From the human T2T-CHM13v2.0 reference genome, Homo sapiens, in NCBI RefSeq assembly GCF_009914755.1, contig NC_060940.1: a DNA stretch of 64,000 nucleotides. One strand, given 5' to 3'. The position numbers and the translations under genes are program-made. Positions 42,001 to 55,302 of the stretch are shown here, one piece after another; within the stretch, counting starts at the first letter, position 1, and the number at the start of each line of letters is the position of its first letter. The notes beneath the pieces are model-generated. The model saw nothing but the letters and a program-made list of their open reading frames with translations, made no database searches and had not been told where the DNA came from.

Positions 42001-44600
42001 ATGTAGCATTGAAACTATTTACATTTGACTTTAATATTGAGATATGAGGTACCATTCTAGTCATAGTGTTGATTGTTGCCTACTCGCTTTTTTTTCTTCA
42101 TTGTTTTACTGTTTTATGATTTGAAGAGTTTCTATACTGGTGTGTAGTGACCTTATGTTTCAACATTTAGAACTTCTTTTAACATTTCTTGTAGGGCTAG
42201 TCCAGTGGTGACACATTCCCTCAGCTTTTGCTTGTCTAGGAAAGACTTTATTTTTCCTTCATTTATGAAACTTAGTTTTGCTGAATACAAACTCCTTTAC
42301 TGATAGTTATTCTGTTTAAGGAGACTAAATATAGGACCCCAAACACTTCTGGCTTGTAAAGTTCCTGCTGAGAAGTCTGCTGTTAGTCTTATAAGTTTTC
42401 CTTTATATGTTACCTGATATTTTTGTCTCATTGCAATTAAAATTCTTTCTTCAATGTTGACTTTAGATAGCCTGATGACTATACACCTTGGTGATGTTCT
42501 TTTTATGATTAATCTCCTAGTAGTTATTTGAGCTTCTTGTTTTTAGATGTCTAAACCTCTAGCATGGCCAAGGAAGTTTTCCTGAATTATTTCTGGAAAC
42601 AGATTTTCCAAACTTTTCGCTTTTTCTTCTCTGTCAGGCACACCTATGATTCTTAGGTTTGGATATCTTACATAATCCCATATTTCTTAGAGACTTTATT
42701 CATTTCTTTTATTTCCTTTTTTCTTTATTTTTGTCGATCAAGGTAAATACAAAAGACTTATCTGCAAGCTCTGAAATTCTTTCTTCTACTTGGTCTAGTC
42801 TAATGTTGAAACTTTCCACTGTATTTTGTAGTTTCCTAAATATGTCTTTTACTTCCAGAACTTCTGATTGATTTTTCATTAAAATATATGTCTCTTTAGA
42901 AACGTTTTCTTTTATATTATGAATTGTTTTGTTAATTTCTTTATGCTGGTTTTCAACTTTCTCTTGTACCTCATTGAATAACCTAATAATTATTCTTTTC
43001 ATTTCTTTATCTCGTATTTTAAAGATTTCATTTTGGTTCATATCCATTGCTGGAGAGTTAATGTAATTTTTTTAGGGGGAGTTATATAATCCCATGTTTT
43101 CATATTGCTAGAATTATTTTTCTGGTTCCTTCTCATTTGGAAAGATTTTTTTAAATTTATTTTTGACTACACTGGGGTTTTTTAAAATTATTTTTCCTTT
43201 TGATGATGTGACACTAATTTTTAAAATTTATCTCCTATCTTTGACTCTGAGTGCATTCAGTGGCAAATACTCTATGTGAGTTCCTTGGTTATAGAGAATC
43301 TTTGTGCAGTTGCTTTCTCAGATACTGGTTGTAGCAGCAATGTTCTGGGTGTTTGAGTATGTTCACTGTCTCCTGTGGGGCCAGAATGGCAGAGGTCTCA
43401 TGAAGCTTATATTGCTCCCCAGTAGTGTGCACTTTTAAAATTTCTTTTCCCCAATATTTTATTCATTGGATTGAACAGTTCAGGCTTCAGGCCTTTAGGA
43501 GGTGTCCACAGGTAAAAATAGACTATGGCTATAGCAGGGTAAATACAATATCCCAGTGATGGGAAGAAGTCCCAGCTTTGACAGCAGAAGCTGACAAAGC
43601 TCTCATTGAAGTGCACTGAGGTCTTTCAGGGAGAAGGGAAGGGAGCCACCTCAGCTCCCCTTCCAGGACAAGAGGAAGAGATCTACCTCCCTGTCACACT
43701 CCTGACCCAGTGTTATAGCTATTCAGATCAAATAGGCAACCATGTTCATCTTCAGGAATAGTGATGTTCCATTTTGAGATGGACTGTGACTCTACCATTC
43801 AGTCAAGCCTGAAACTGGAAGGCATTGCTCCTGCAGGAATGCAGTCACCCTGAAGTTTTCCAGAAAGTTCATCTACAGATGCACTCATGCCAAGCTTTTG
43901 GGGCCGAAGCCCCAGCTGTATCTGCAGTGATGGGTGATGGAAAGAAGAATTCCCCCTTTTCAAGACCCTTCACAACTGCAAGGGCTGCCTGACTGTTGGG
44001 ATAGAACTACAGTCTTTCTCCACTGAGTCCAGCACTGCACCTGTGCCTCTGCTGAAAGAAACTTCCCATAAGCAGAATGTTCTGGGACTCAAGGCCTTAA
44101 GTGTGGTTTCTTTCATCCCATAGGGTTCTCCCTTGATGTATTGCACTCCAACTTCCCCTATGAGTAGCAGTCCCTGAGGTCCGGACTACTGTGAATCCTG
44201 CTGCCCTTCTGTGTATAGCTGCCCTATGGGGCTGCCATACTCCAGATTGGTGCTGGAGAATGTCTGCAAGGAATCCAGTGATGTGAAGATACAAGAGTTG
44301 AAGGACCCTGAGCAGAACAAAGTTTCACAATGAGTGCACACCCAGTATAGGGCCTGCTACTACAGCTCAGTTCTGGGGGGAAAGACAAGAACATTGTGTG
44401 AGCCAGGTAATGCCCTCAAGGAGGCCCCAGATCATAGCCTACTCCAGCATTTGTGCTTGTGCATGCAAGAAACCCTCCTTGAGCTTGGAAACCAGCAGTC
44501 TGCCACAGGGGCTAGAGAGTCTGAGAGCACTCCCACCCACCCTTTCCATGGAATACTACATCTCTCAGAGTTTGATCTCTGCCAGCTTCATGTTACTTTC

Positions 44601-44914
<314 letters not shown>

Positions 44915-46196
44915 CATGTTACTTTCTTTTGTGCGTATGTGTACGTACTGTAACTTCTTCCAGTGAACTCTCCGATAGAATCTAGCACTCTCCTGGTAAC
45001 ATTCCATTTGGGCTATGATTATACACCATTAATTTTGGTTTTTCTTTCTAAGGAGAATTGGTCATCTTTGTCTCTTGCCAGCCAACTAGAGAAGCTCTCT
45101 AATGCCTCAGGCTGTGAATAGGTCTGCAGGATGTGCTGTGGCTTGGGCTCCACTCTTAGCTGCAGAAGAGTCAATGTTGGGTGGAGCTGGACCGAGCTGA
45201 CATGTCCTGTAGTCCCCCAGCAGTGAGTACCAGCATCAGCTTTGCTGGGGGGTGGCAGGTGAGTGGTGTAGACTCTGAAAGATTTTATTGGTTTTATATA
45301 GCCTTAGCGTATTGGCTTTCTCAAGTGCCAGCTGTAGTCGTAATATACTGGGCACATAGACAGGCTCAAGACTTCCTGGTTAGCCAGGGTGATGTAGGCA
45401 ATTGTAGTAACTGAGGTTGCACAGAAATTTTCTTCAACCTAAGCTCTGTGTTATCATGCCTGCAATGCTGCAATGGGCTGTGGTGATTGGCCTTCAGCCA
45501 GGAGGTGATTCTTGCAAAAGGGTGCCAGCTGGAGTGGTAGCAGTGGGATTTGTGCTTGCCTTATGTTACTTAGGGGAGGTACTCTGGTGTCTTAGGCAAG
45601 AGGTGGGGCTTTGGAGCTTTCAAGCATCTCTCTCTATTGTATAACATTACTAGGACAGGTGGAGGGGCAAAGTTGGGTGGGGGCTGGGTTAGGCAAGGTG
45701 TGTCCTGGCTCCCCATGTATGGATGCAAGCAGTGGTTTCAGTGGGGATCAGAGGGCAGTTCCTTGGCTGCTGGGGTAATATTCCAAGGAGAAGCACAGCA
45801 CAAAATTCTCTGCACTGGGAAAGAGAGGGTACCAAGCAGCTGCCCCACTCAGCTCCCACGTATTTAATAAGGCAGGTCTCACACCTGAGGTATTCTACTA
45901 GCAACAACTAGCTGGGTTCCAGGCAGCCTGTGCTCAGAATGCAAAACTGCCCAAGGCCACAAGGCTTCTCCACTGAGACAAAAACTGCCAGCTTTCAGGC
46001 CACACCCCTCCTGATTTACTAGCAAAGCAGGGGCACCCAGCTCCTGCGTGGCTACAGCACACTTTTTGCTCATCCCTTAGTTTTGGACAAGGGGTTAGTC
46101 ACCACTCAAGTTTATATCATAAATCTCAGTTGGGAGCTTCTCTCAGTTTGTGACCACCACCTAAGTTATCCGGCAGACTTCCAGGAGTTCTCCTAT

Positions 46197-46941
46197 TGAG
46201 ACGGAAAGGGGGAAGGGAAGTTCTGGGAAGGGAAGGGAGTGGTCCCTGGTCAGGGTTCCATCCTGGGCCTGTGGCCATGGACCTAGGTGAGGACAGGCAC
46301 CCCTGCCTTCGGACCAAAATGTTGCATTTCCCAAGACCACCTTGGCCTGCCACGTCCCCATCCTGTGCCTATAAAAACCTCAAGACCTTAGTGGCTGGAC
46401 GTTGAGGGAGCACGCCAATGGAAGAGCATACTGACAGATGCCAGCACACTGGCAGGCAGTGGACTGGCAGAATGACGTGGAGTTTGGCTGGGGCAGTTGG
46501 AGCAGAGCCCAGGCTGTTGAGCCGCCACACTCCAGGGGAAAACCATCTCCCTTCTGGCTCCCCCATCTGCTGAGAGCTACTTCCACTCGATAAAACCTTG
46601 TACTCATCCTCCAAGCCCATGTGTGATCTGGTCCTTCTGGTACACCAAGGCAAGAACCTGGGGGTACAGAAAGCTCTCTGTCCTTGTGATAAGGCAGAGG
46701 TTTAATTGAGCTAACACAAGTCCCAAGTCCCCGTGGATGGCTAAACTAAAAGAGCACCCTGTAACACCCCCACTGGGGCTTCAGCTGTAAACATTCACCC
46801 CTAGACACGGCTGTGGGGTCAGAGCCCCACAGCCTGCCCTTCTGTATGCTCCACAAGAGGTTTGAGTAACGGGTCACTGAAGAAGCTAGCCACACTTCCA
46901 TTGCGCACCCTGTGACAGGGATGAGGGAACTTCCCATTTCA
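46197..46941 (+). mobile_element. LTR1-family (ERV1) solo LTR
   Basis: TG...CA termini, 4-bp TSD ctat/ctgt, LTR1 phrases (ggacctaggtgaggacaggca, gttgcatttcccaagaccacc, cccatctgctgagagctacttccac) and TATAAAA at 46370. Confidence 0.88.
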
Positions 46942-47904
46942 CTGTGAGTTAGTATCAGGAATGGCTTCCCTCCCTGCTGGGGTCTGGGAGTGCATGTAAA
47001 GCGTGCCCCTATTCTACTTCTTCTCATATACTTACCACAGCTGATTAAGTCAGCACCAGCACAGTGCAGGGGCAAGGTGCTGTCACGTGGCCTGGATTAC
47101 CCAGCTCCCTAGTGGGACTGTACATGATGGAGACAGTCTCTCCCCGTTTCATGCTCTCGAGACACGGCTTTCCGCCTCGCTGACGGTGTAGGCTGCTGCC
47201 CACCACTTCTTTCAAAGTCTCTGTGTTTTCTTTCAGTTTTTCCTTTGAGGTCCTGTGTTGCTTTTTGGTTAAAAGTTCACAATGCGAATCTCTACACACT
47301 ATTTTGTCTTTCCAAGTAGAAAAGACAGGCTAACAATGCCTCTAATCCACCTCTTGGGGGGAAATAAAAACCTTGGCTTCACTATTAATGATCATAGTGA
47401 TCCTAATATGGGGTCCCCTTCATATCTAGTCCCAGAGTCTTTACACTCTAAAATGAATAGTTTGTATTTAGTAATCTAACAGATATTGTTTGCTCTCTTA
47501 AGCTCTGATTCTCAGGATTTCCAGGAATTGTTTTTTGCCCTTGGCTAGTGAAAAAATGCTTTGACTCACCCTCCCCATTACTTAAGTAAAGTTTAGTGCG
47601 ATGTCTAAAGCTATGAAACATGCCCCAGTGGAGCCATGTGGTCTTTCTGTAAGGACCCTGACAACGTTCTCTATGGTACCCCTTCTGAAATTGCCATCCT
47701 TGAGCCAGTAACCTACATGAAGATGAAGACTGCCATGGATGATGAAGCTTTATAGATAAAATGTGATAAAGCCATTGGATTTAGCTACCTAAAGAAGAAG
47801 TGGGAGAAGGTTGGTATGTTCTGCTGACGTGGTGCTTAGAGAGGTGACTCCCAGGAAACACGGGTGTTCAAGAGACTGTGCTACAATATATTTCACTACT
47901 AGAG

Positions 47905-48010
47905 AAGAACACCTTAAGTACAGTGAAATCATACTTTGTTCATCTCTGTGTCCCTACTGTCTAGAATAACACCTATATTACAGTGAGTGTTCCATGAATA
48001 TGTATAGAAA
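47905..48010 (+). mobile_element. L2 3' terminal fragment
   Basis: tttgttcatctctgtgtccctactgtctagaataacacct...agtgagtgttccatgaatatgt. Confidence 0.65.
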
Positions 48011-48919
48011 AGAGAAAAAAAAACAGAGATTAAAAAAATAAAAAGGAAGTGAAGGTAATAGAAAGGCTGAGAAAAGAAAGGAAGAGAAGAACTCAGCACA
48101 AGTCATCACATGTTCTTTGTAGTAATCCATCCTTTCCTAAACTAGAAGACCTTCACATTGCTAGACTTGACCAAAGAATTTTCTTTTTTTGGTCTGTCTT
48201 CTTATCAAAGACATCCATCAGCTCCTGTACAGACCATCCTTCCTCCATCAAAAGGATGAGAAAAACCTTGATCTGTCTGATTCAGAGACCACGTGTGTTT
48301 CTCACATTGCCTACTTGAGAGGGTGCTCTTCTAGGGATGACTAATCTTCTGGGTGCTTTTTTGCCAAAATACTACTCTGGTTCCCAGTTTCCTGTGTCAA
48401 GTTACAAACAATTTGTCATTCCTGCAGTCACACTTTTCAGACCTGTCAATTCTGCTAAAGAGCCATTTTATCAGTACGGTTTTCTACTCCCTAAGCAATG
48501 TTTGGATTTTCTACTTCCATGCAAGCAATTTTTCACATCTTAAGTTTTCTCACAAGTTTCAACTCAAAAACAATCCTAATTCTGCTTTAATTCTTCTTTC
48601 ATTGAAAATTTCTCTGTAGTCGGAGGATTAATGTCCAAACTTCTGCTATTACATCTTTTCTCTGTTTTGACACAAAAGGTCTTCCAGCAGAATCAATTAT
48701 GCTTAATTTAAACTTTGACAACAAATTTCTTTTTGAATTATATGTAAAAGGGGTAATGAAACTGCTGCTTGTGTTGTTGACTATGTCTGTGGTGTGATAA
48801 ATAAAGTTTCCTACCTTCTCTGCACTGTACCCCAGTGCCAAAGAGATCAGAAAGAATAGGAAATGGGAAAGGACACTAAACCTAGAGAAGAGATTAGATT
48901 GATCTCTGACATTTCCTCT

Positions 48920-48965
48920 TCACATACACACACACACAGACACACACAAACACACACACACACAC
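48920..48965. repeat. Imperfect (CA)n microsatellite
   Basis: Directly visible. Confidence 0.9.
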
Positions 48966-49855
48966 TTCACTGCATCTTTTAGATAAATTAATCAGTTTAT
49001 TTGAATCATAAATTCCTTTTCCATGGAGATTATATTGTACGTCCTATTTTTCCTATGAGATATATTAAAAACTAAAACAACTAAAAATACTCTGAACTCT
49101 CTTGTTGAACTAAAATTTTATGTAAATGAGTTAGTAAACTGAATTTCTGCTTTATAAATAATTAAAATTCATACTACAGTGGGTGTTTTCTCTTCATTAT
49201 AATTGCTAATTCTTTTAAGTAACTTATTTTCTAATTATTGAAATTCTTTAAATTGAGATACACTTGGACCAGCATTCCAAACTTGTTTATAAGTGACAAA
49301 AATATTAGTGGGATATTGCCATTAACTCTTCTAAATGCAATTTGCAGCTGTCAAATTCTTCTCTAGACTATAAACAAACGTTCCTGGGGGTGCTTTGCCA
49401 CCCTACAAATACAACTTCTTGTAAGGGATAGAGTTGCATGAGATAATACACACACACGATAACATACAACTGTACTTAAAAATACATATATATATATTCC
49501 CATAAGAGCAAGGTGATAGCCACTTGGAGGATTCCAACGGAACAACTGGTACAGAAACTACTTTTGCCTTGAAATCATCTGTGCATTCAAGTAATAATAA
49601 TAAAAATAATGATAAAAATAATAAAATAATAATGTTTGCCAAAGTTTGCAGGGAAGCAAAGGAAGTGGTAGCATGCTTGAATGGAAAACATCATTTACCT
49701 AGTACTGAGAAGACCTGTGGCATTCTTAGCTACAGCATTATTCAATGTGAATCCATTTCAAATCTCAGGCTTCAGTCTCCTCATCCAGAAGACTGGTGGG
49801 GAATTGAAGAGGTTACAAACAAATCTAACTTTAGAAAACCTTAAAATTGAATTTT

Positions 49856-50712
49856 GTGTGTGTATGTGTGTGTGTGTATGTATATTTCTTTTGTTTGTTT
49901 GTTTGTTTTTTGTTTATTTTATTTTATTATTATTATACTTTTAAGTTTTAGGGTACATGTGCACAATGTGCAGGTTAGTTACATATGTATACATGTGCCA
50001 TGCTGCTGTGCTGCACCCATTAACTCGTCATTTAGCATTAGGTATATCTCCTAAAGCTATCCCTCCCCCCTCCCCCCACCCCACAACAGGCCCCAGAGTG
50101 TGATGTTCCCCTTCCTGTGTCCATGTGTTCTCATTGTTCAGTTCCCACCTATGAGTGAGAATATGTGGTGTTTGGTTTTTTGTTCTTGCGATAGTTTACT
50201 GAGAATGATGATTTCCAATTTCATCCATGTCCCTACAAAGGACATGAACTCATCATTTTTTATGGTTGCATAGTATTCCATGGTGTATATGTGCCACATT
50301 TTCTTAATCCAGTCTATCATTTTTGGACATTTGGGTTGGTTCCAAGTCTTTGCTGTTGTGAATAGTGCCACAATAAACATACGTGTGCATGTGTCTTTAT
50401 AGCAGCATGATTTATAGTCCTTTGGGTATATACCCAGTAATGGGATGGCTGGGTCAAATGGTATTTCTAGTTCTAGATCCCTGAGGAATCGCCACACTGA
50501 CTTCCACAATGGTTGAACTAGTTTATAGTCCCACCAACAGTGTAAAAGTGTTCCTATTTCTCCACATCCTCTCCAGCACCTGTTGTTTCCTGACTTTTTA
50601 ATGATTGCCATTCTAACTGGTGTGAGATGGTATCTCATTGTGGTTTTGATTTGCATTTCTCTGATGGCCAGTGATGGTGAGCATTTTTTCATGTGTTTTT
50701 TGGCTGCATAAA
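49856..50712 (-). mobile_element. 5'-truncated young LINE-1, L1PA2/3-like (non-Ta)
   Basis: 3'UTR very close to the young L1PA consensus, with GAG rather than ACA at the Ta diagnostic site (cattaactcgtcatttagc). Open 184-aa ORF2 C-terminus at 50138..50692. TSD aaaattgaatttt (49843-49855 / 50713-50725) at a TTTT/AA site. Confidence 0.95.
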
Positions 50713-51224
50713 AAAATTGAATTTTTTAAAAAGATAATTAAAATGTCAACAGGACTCTCTAATTAATCAGTTTATTTGAGTGAAATTAGTAACTTCAAAT
50801 CACACAAATTACTTTTATAATCTTTGTTTTAAAGAAAAAAGTATATAAGCTTCCAAGTTGAAAAAAAAAAAAAACATTCCAAAGGGCTAAATTCATAGGT
50901 AACTTCTGAATTCATGAAATTGTGTTCAATTTCCAATATAAAATGAATGTGACCAAAAAGGACTGATATATTTAGTCTGCCTGTCAATTAAATTCAAGCA
51001 CAATGTAGATAATATTCTAAATCAGAAAATTCTACAAGATTATCTCTTCAAATATCGAGAAGTTATCTAAGGGCCTTATACAATGGTGCAGTGCATTTAA
51101 AATCTTATAGCCTGTTATAAAGAGTAGTAATTACTAATTGGTAGAGTGTGTATATTATTTGATCAATCAGCTCAAGATTCCAAAAAGATATTTCAGCTCT
51201 AAATAATAAGATGAAGAAAGAAAC

Positions 51225-51420
51225 AAATATTTGCTAAAACTAATTACCTGTCACCTACTTATTAGGCATTATCTCATCTAACCTTCATGGTAATCCTAGG
51301 CTTATATTTATTTTAATGGTAAGAACATTGAGGATTAGAGATATTAAATCATTTGTTCTAGGGCTCACAATCTGTGGGTAAATGCTTGAAATTGTATTCT
51401 AGGCGACAGCTCCATCTGGC
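51225..51420 (-). mobile_element. MIR fragment
   Basis: cattatctcatctaaccttcatggtaatcctagg...gaacattgaggattagagatattaaatcatttgttctagggctcaca. Confidence 0.65.
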
Positions 51421-52488
51421 ATAAATTATCAAATTTGTTTTGATATTAGAATGGTCTACACCACACTTTCTAAAGGTAAGAAAACACAGCTTGACCATCT
51501 TTATATTTTCATCATTGTCTCAGCCATTTGTGATTTCAAAGGGGTGAAGCTTTTCTAGATCTTTTTAATCTCCTGGGAGTGGGACTCTGATGTTGGCAAT
51601 GCATTCGATTCCTCACCATCATAAACTTCAGACTCTGCAATTTTCTGTAGCTTTTATCTTCATCCAATTTTTCGAGCAGATGCCAGTTGCATAAGCAGTA
51701 TCTACAGCCATTGCTCAGCAAATTCTTCCTCAATTTTACAGCATCAACTGCTTTCTATGTTTCTTACTTATGGTCAAGTTTGTAGGAACCATAATGTTGA
51801 ATTTATTCCAAAAGAATGCTCAGCCACCCCCTTGTACTTCCGTGCCTGAAGAAAACTTGCAGCACTGGTATACTGCCTGTATGTCGGGGTTTCTTCTGGC
51901 AGGAAGGATACAGATAACTTATTGGAAATATAAAGCTTCATTGAGCTCCTTCCCTCAGAGAGACTCACAATAGTCTTTCCCTGAGACAACTGGATGCACT
52001 CCACTTTTAATCCTTCTTCAACAATGTTACGAAAAGAGGTTTAACAAAGAGAAGGAGTGTCAACAACTATTAGACCTATTTATTGTTGTTGGAGGCTAAT
52101 AGGCCTAGTCCCTTAAGATATCTAATGAATCTTTAGCAGGCAGCATAAAACATCAGGAATATGTCTATAAGGAATAAACAAATAAATAGTGAGATTCTAT
52201 TGTCTCCCATTGTTCCTATAAACTACCAATCCTCTCCCATAATATGTGTAAATACACTCTTGAATCTACTCTTGGAATTAACAGCTGAACCCAGTCTCAT
52301 CATACTGATATACCAGATCTCATTATGCTAATAGCCCAGCATTAGTGTTTATTCTTATTCTTTCAATTCTGCTATTTCCTTAGATTTTGGCCCTTATTTT
52401 TATTCTATCACCAGGCTTATGACCCCTTGACTATATTGACAAAACTGTTTCTTCCTACAGATTTATTCTTATGGCTACCCTCCCAGAA

Positions 52489-52492
<4 letters not shown>

Positions 52493-52538
<46 letters not shown>
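52493..52538. repeat. (TG)23 microsatellite
   Basis: Directly visible. Confidence 0.97.
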
Positions 52539-52539
<1 letters not shown>

Positions 52540-52666
52540 TTCAATGGTGGCAGGTGTAAAAATTATAAAAATTATTGTTTACCCAGAGCTTGCAATAAAT
52601 TAGAAAACAATGACTCTATATAAAGGGAATACCTGGGATTTGATATCAGGCAATCGTAGACTTGAG

Positions 52667-52890
52667 TTGGGTTTACAAAACATTTTTTGTATTTTGGCTA
52701 GATAGTAAATATTATAGACTTTGTGCACCACATGATATCCGTTACAACTATTCAACTCTGCTATTGTGCTATGAATGTTGGCATACATAATGCATATGTG
52801 AACGGTCATGGTTATGTTCCAATACAACTTTATTTACAAAAACATGAAGTGAGTCAAATTTGGCCTTTTGGAAGTAGTTTACAGAACCTT
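52667..52890 (-). mobile_element. MER58A-like hAT-Charlie DNA transposon
   Basis: gctagatagtaaatatt...caactattcaactctgctattgt...tgttccaatacaactttatttacaaaaaca...aaatttggcc...tagttt matches the reverse complement of MER58A. Confidence 0.85.
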
Positions 52891-54729
52891 TTCTTACAGG
52901 AATTAGGGTTCAGGGTTGTATGACATCCTGCTTCAAGAAAAAACTGGGTCACTAGATCTGTCCTAGGGCAAACATGTTTAAAGTCCCAGAAGACAAATAG
53001 TCATTTTCCAGTCAACAAAAAGGAGAGTGTGATGCCAATCTATGCAAAATAACAAGTTTTTGTGAGTTTGGAATATCTGGACAGTGCAAGTAATTTGATT
53101 TAGCTGTAGAACAGAATTTGTGTGGGTAACATTAAGAAGACCAGATGGGGTTTGATGTAGCCAATAAATGACATTCTCTTGTGTTCCTCTTGAAATAGAC
53201 ACCATTAGGTTAGATAACGAATACATTAAAATGGATCACTACATATTAGTTTTATTTTCAATAAAGGCTGGAGTACAAGACAGCTTATAAGTACAGTCAG
53301 CACTGGGCATTTCAATATTTATTCAACTTTTATCACCAAAACACTCCAACACACACACATACACACACACACACAAACTTAATAGGAACTTTGAAATGCT
53401 TGAAATGTAAAGGAAAAAAAAAAGAGTCTCTGTCTCCCCGTTGTCAGGGCTAGGGGTGTGGTAGAGGGAATAGTATAACTGTCAACCAAATTCCTTGCCT
53501 TGGGGATTTGAGATTGATTTTCTCTACCAAATACAGAAAGGTGAACCGGTGACTGTACCTACCAACAGAGTGACTCCCTATGTCCACAGAGAGGAAAAAC
53601 AAGTGGAACAAGAGGATAGAAATGTCTATGGGGGAAAATATTTCTTCCATACTAGAGAAGAGAAACTAAATATCCCCTACCACCTACAGCATGCAGATGT
53701 TAAATATGAAATCCCTTGGGAAGTATATTGAATAATCTATTCCTTGCTACATCCGATATAAAAAATCCTAAAGTAGATACATTATGTTAAAATGATTTAT
53801 ATTGTTAATTTCTCATAGCGAAGAATTTGTGACTTTGTGTTAAATCTATTAACACAATCCCTGTTACTAATATCTGTCCAAGTGGTTTGATGATGAGAAA
53901 ATGCCATCCAAAATCTCCAACCCATCTGAAACGATTTAAAAGCAAGCAAAATCATCATAAAAGATCTAAGAGTTACTATTCTCTTAGACATGCATTTAAA
54001 GTCCCTAAGGGAAGCTTTTAATTTAATGTTTCACATTAAAAACTAGCCTTGAATTGTGCATTTGCCTTTGAGCCACTGAAAATAAATAAAAAGTGTGCCA
54101 TACATCTTAGTCAAGTATTCTCCATTAACAAATGCATTCAAGTACCTCAGCCTCGTTGTTTGTCCCCTGGATTTCAGAAGAATTTGTTACATTTACTCCC
54201 AGTCGCCCCTGATTGAAATTCTGGAGGACTACCATTAAACATACATCATAAAAGATTTTTTTTACTAGATCAAAATTCCCTTTTTCCCTTCAACAAAATA
54301 AGGTGATGAAATTCCTTAAAACTGCTAAGCTTTCCAAATCCAAACCTTCACATCACTGGTTTTAAAAATATTCAGGAACTCTAACAGCTGTGTGTGACTG
54401 AAATGCAACAGACAAATCACAGCTCTGGCATTTTGCAGTAGGCAAAAAAGGTGCTTATTATAAAAGGATGTTCTGTCTGTCCTATAGGAAAGGTGAGTAT
54501 AAGTTTACTAGCACCTATTTTTTGTTCATTTATTCATTTTTCAAACAATTTTTAATGTCTAAAAAGTGACAGAAGATAATCACCTAGATGGAAATACAGA
54601 CATGAAAACAAACAAAAACATAATACAAAATGCTAAGCATCAAAATATTGTCTAAACAACCTTGATTTCTAATAGTAATATTTTCTTGGAAACAAGGTTA
54701 CATAGAAATAATGGTTTCATCTAGTTTTT

Positions 54730-54845
54730 CATTCATTTACCAAATATTTATTACTGGCTCCCGTGCCAGGCACTTGCTAAACTCTGGGGATAAAACTAAG
54801 TAGAGAGAACTTTTATCTTCGGGCAGTGTATAATTCAACACAGTG
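54730..54845 (-). mobile_element. L2 3' terminal fragment
   Basis: cattcatttaccaaatatttatt...gtgccaggcacttgctaaactctggggataaa. Confidence 0.7.
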
Positions 54846-55274
54846 ATTACAATCTTTTACTTTTTATCACACACTGAAGAGCAAGATATTTTTAAATGGT
54901 AACAAAAATACATATATATGTATTTGTGAAGAAAATGTATACATTTACATCTCATAACATAAATACTCTGTAAAGCATTTGCCATATGCCAAAATGCAGT
55001 AAAATACATAGTAAGATGAAATTGTCTTTAAAATATTGTTTTATATATTAACATTATACATGCTTTGATATCACTATTAATATAATGAATATATTTGTGT
55101 AAGTAATTATATCACACCACTTATTCAAGTAATAATATGTTTAGTGAGAACAAATGTGTTTGTAATGTTTATTTTTAAATGCTTTGTATGATAGAAGTAT
55201 TTAAAGATCTGACTCCAATTACAGTTTCTCTTTTATTAACTTTAATGTCAACAATAAGCCCAACAAGATACGTT

Positions 55275-55302
55275 TGTGTGTGTGTGTGTGTGTCTGTGTG
55301 TG
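55275..55302. repeat. (TG)n microsatellite
   Basis: Directly visible; one interruption. Confidence 0.9.

Noticed and set aside
49524-49844. 106-aa plus-strand ORF
   Set aside because: Non-ATG start, low-complexity Asn/Lys run from (AAT)n, and no recognisable family.
50138-50692. 184-aa open ORF
   Set aside because: It is the C-terminus of L1 ORF2 in a 5'-truncated copy with no promoter, EN or RT. The last Cys of the zinc knuckle is also changed (CWWDYKL). Not a gene.
51540-51740. Stop-interrupted acidic minus-strand frame (IEEEFAEQWL...AESEVYDGEE), vaguely like a Tigger transposase C-terminus
   Set aside because: Similarity is too weak to support without a profile search.
53495-53731. 78-aa ORF preceded by a possible splice acceptor
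   Set aside because: No recognisable homology or partner exons. Would need tBLASTn/PhyloCSF support.
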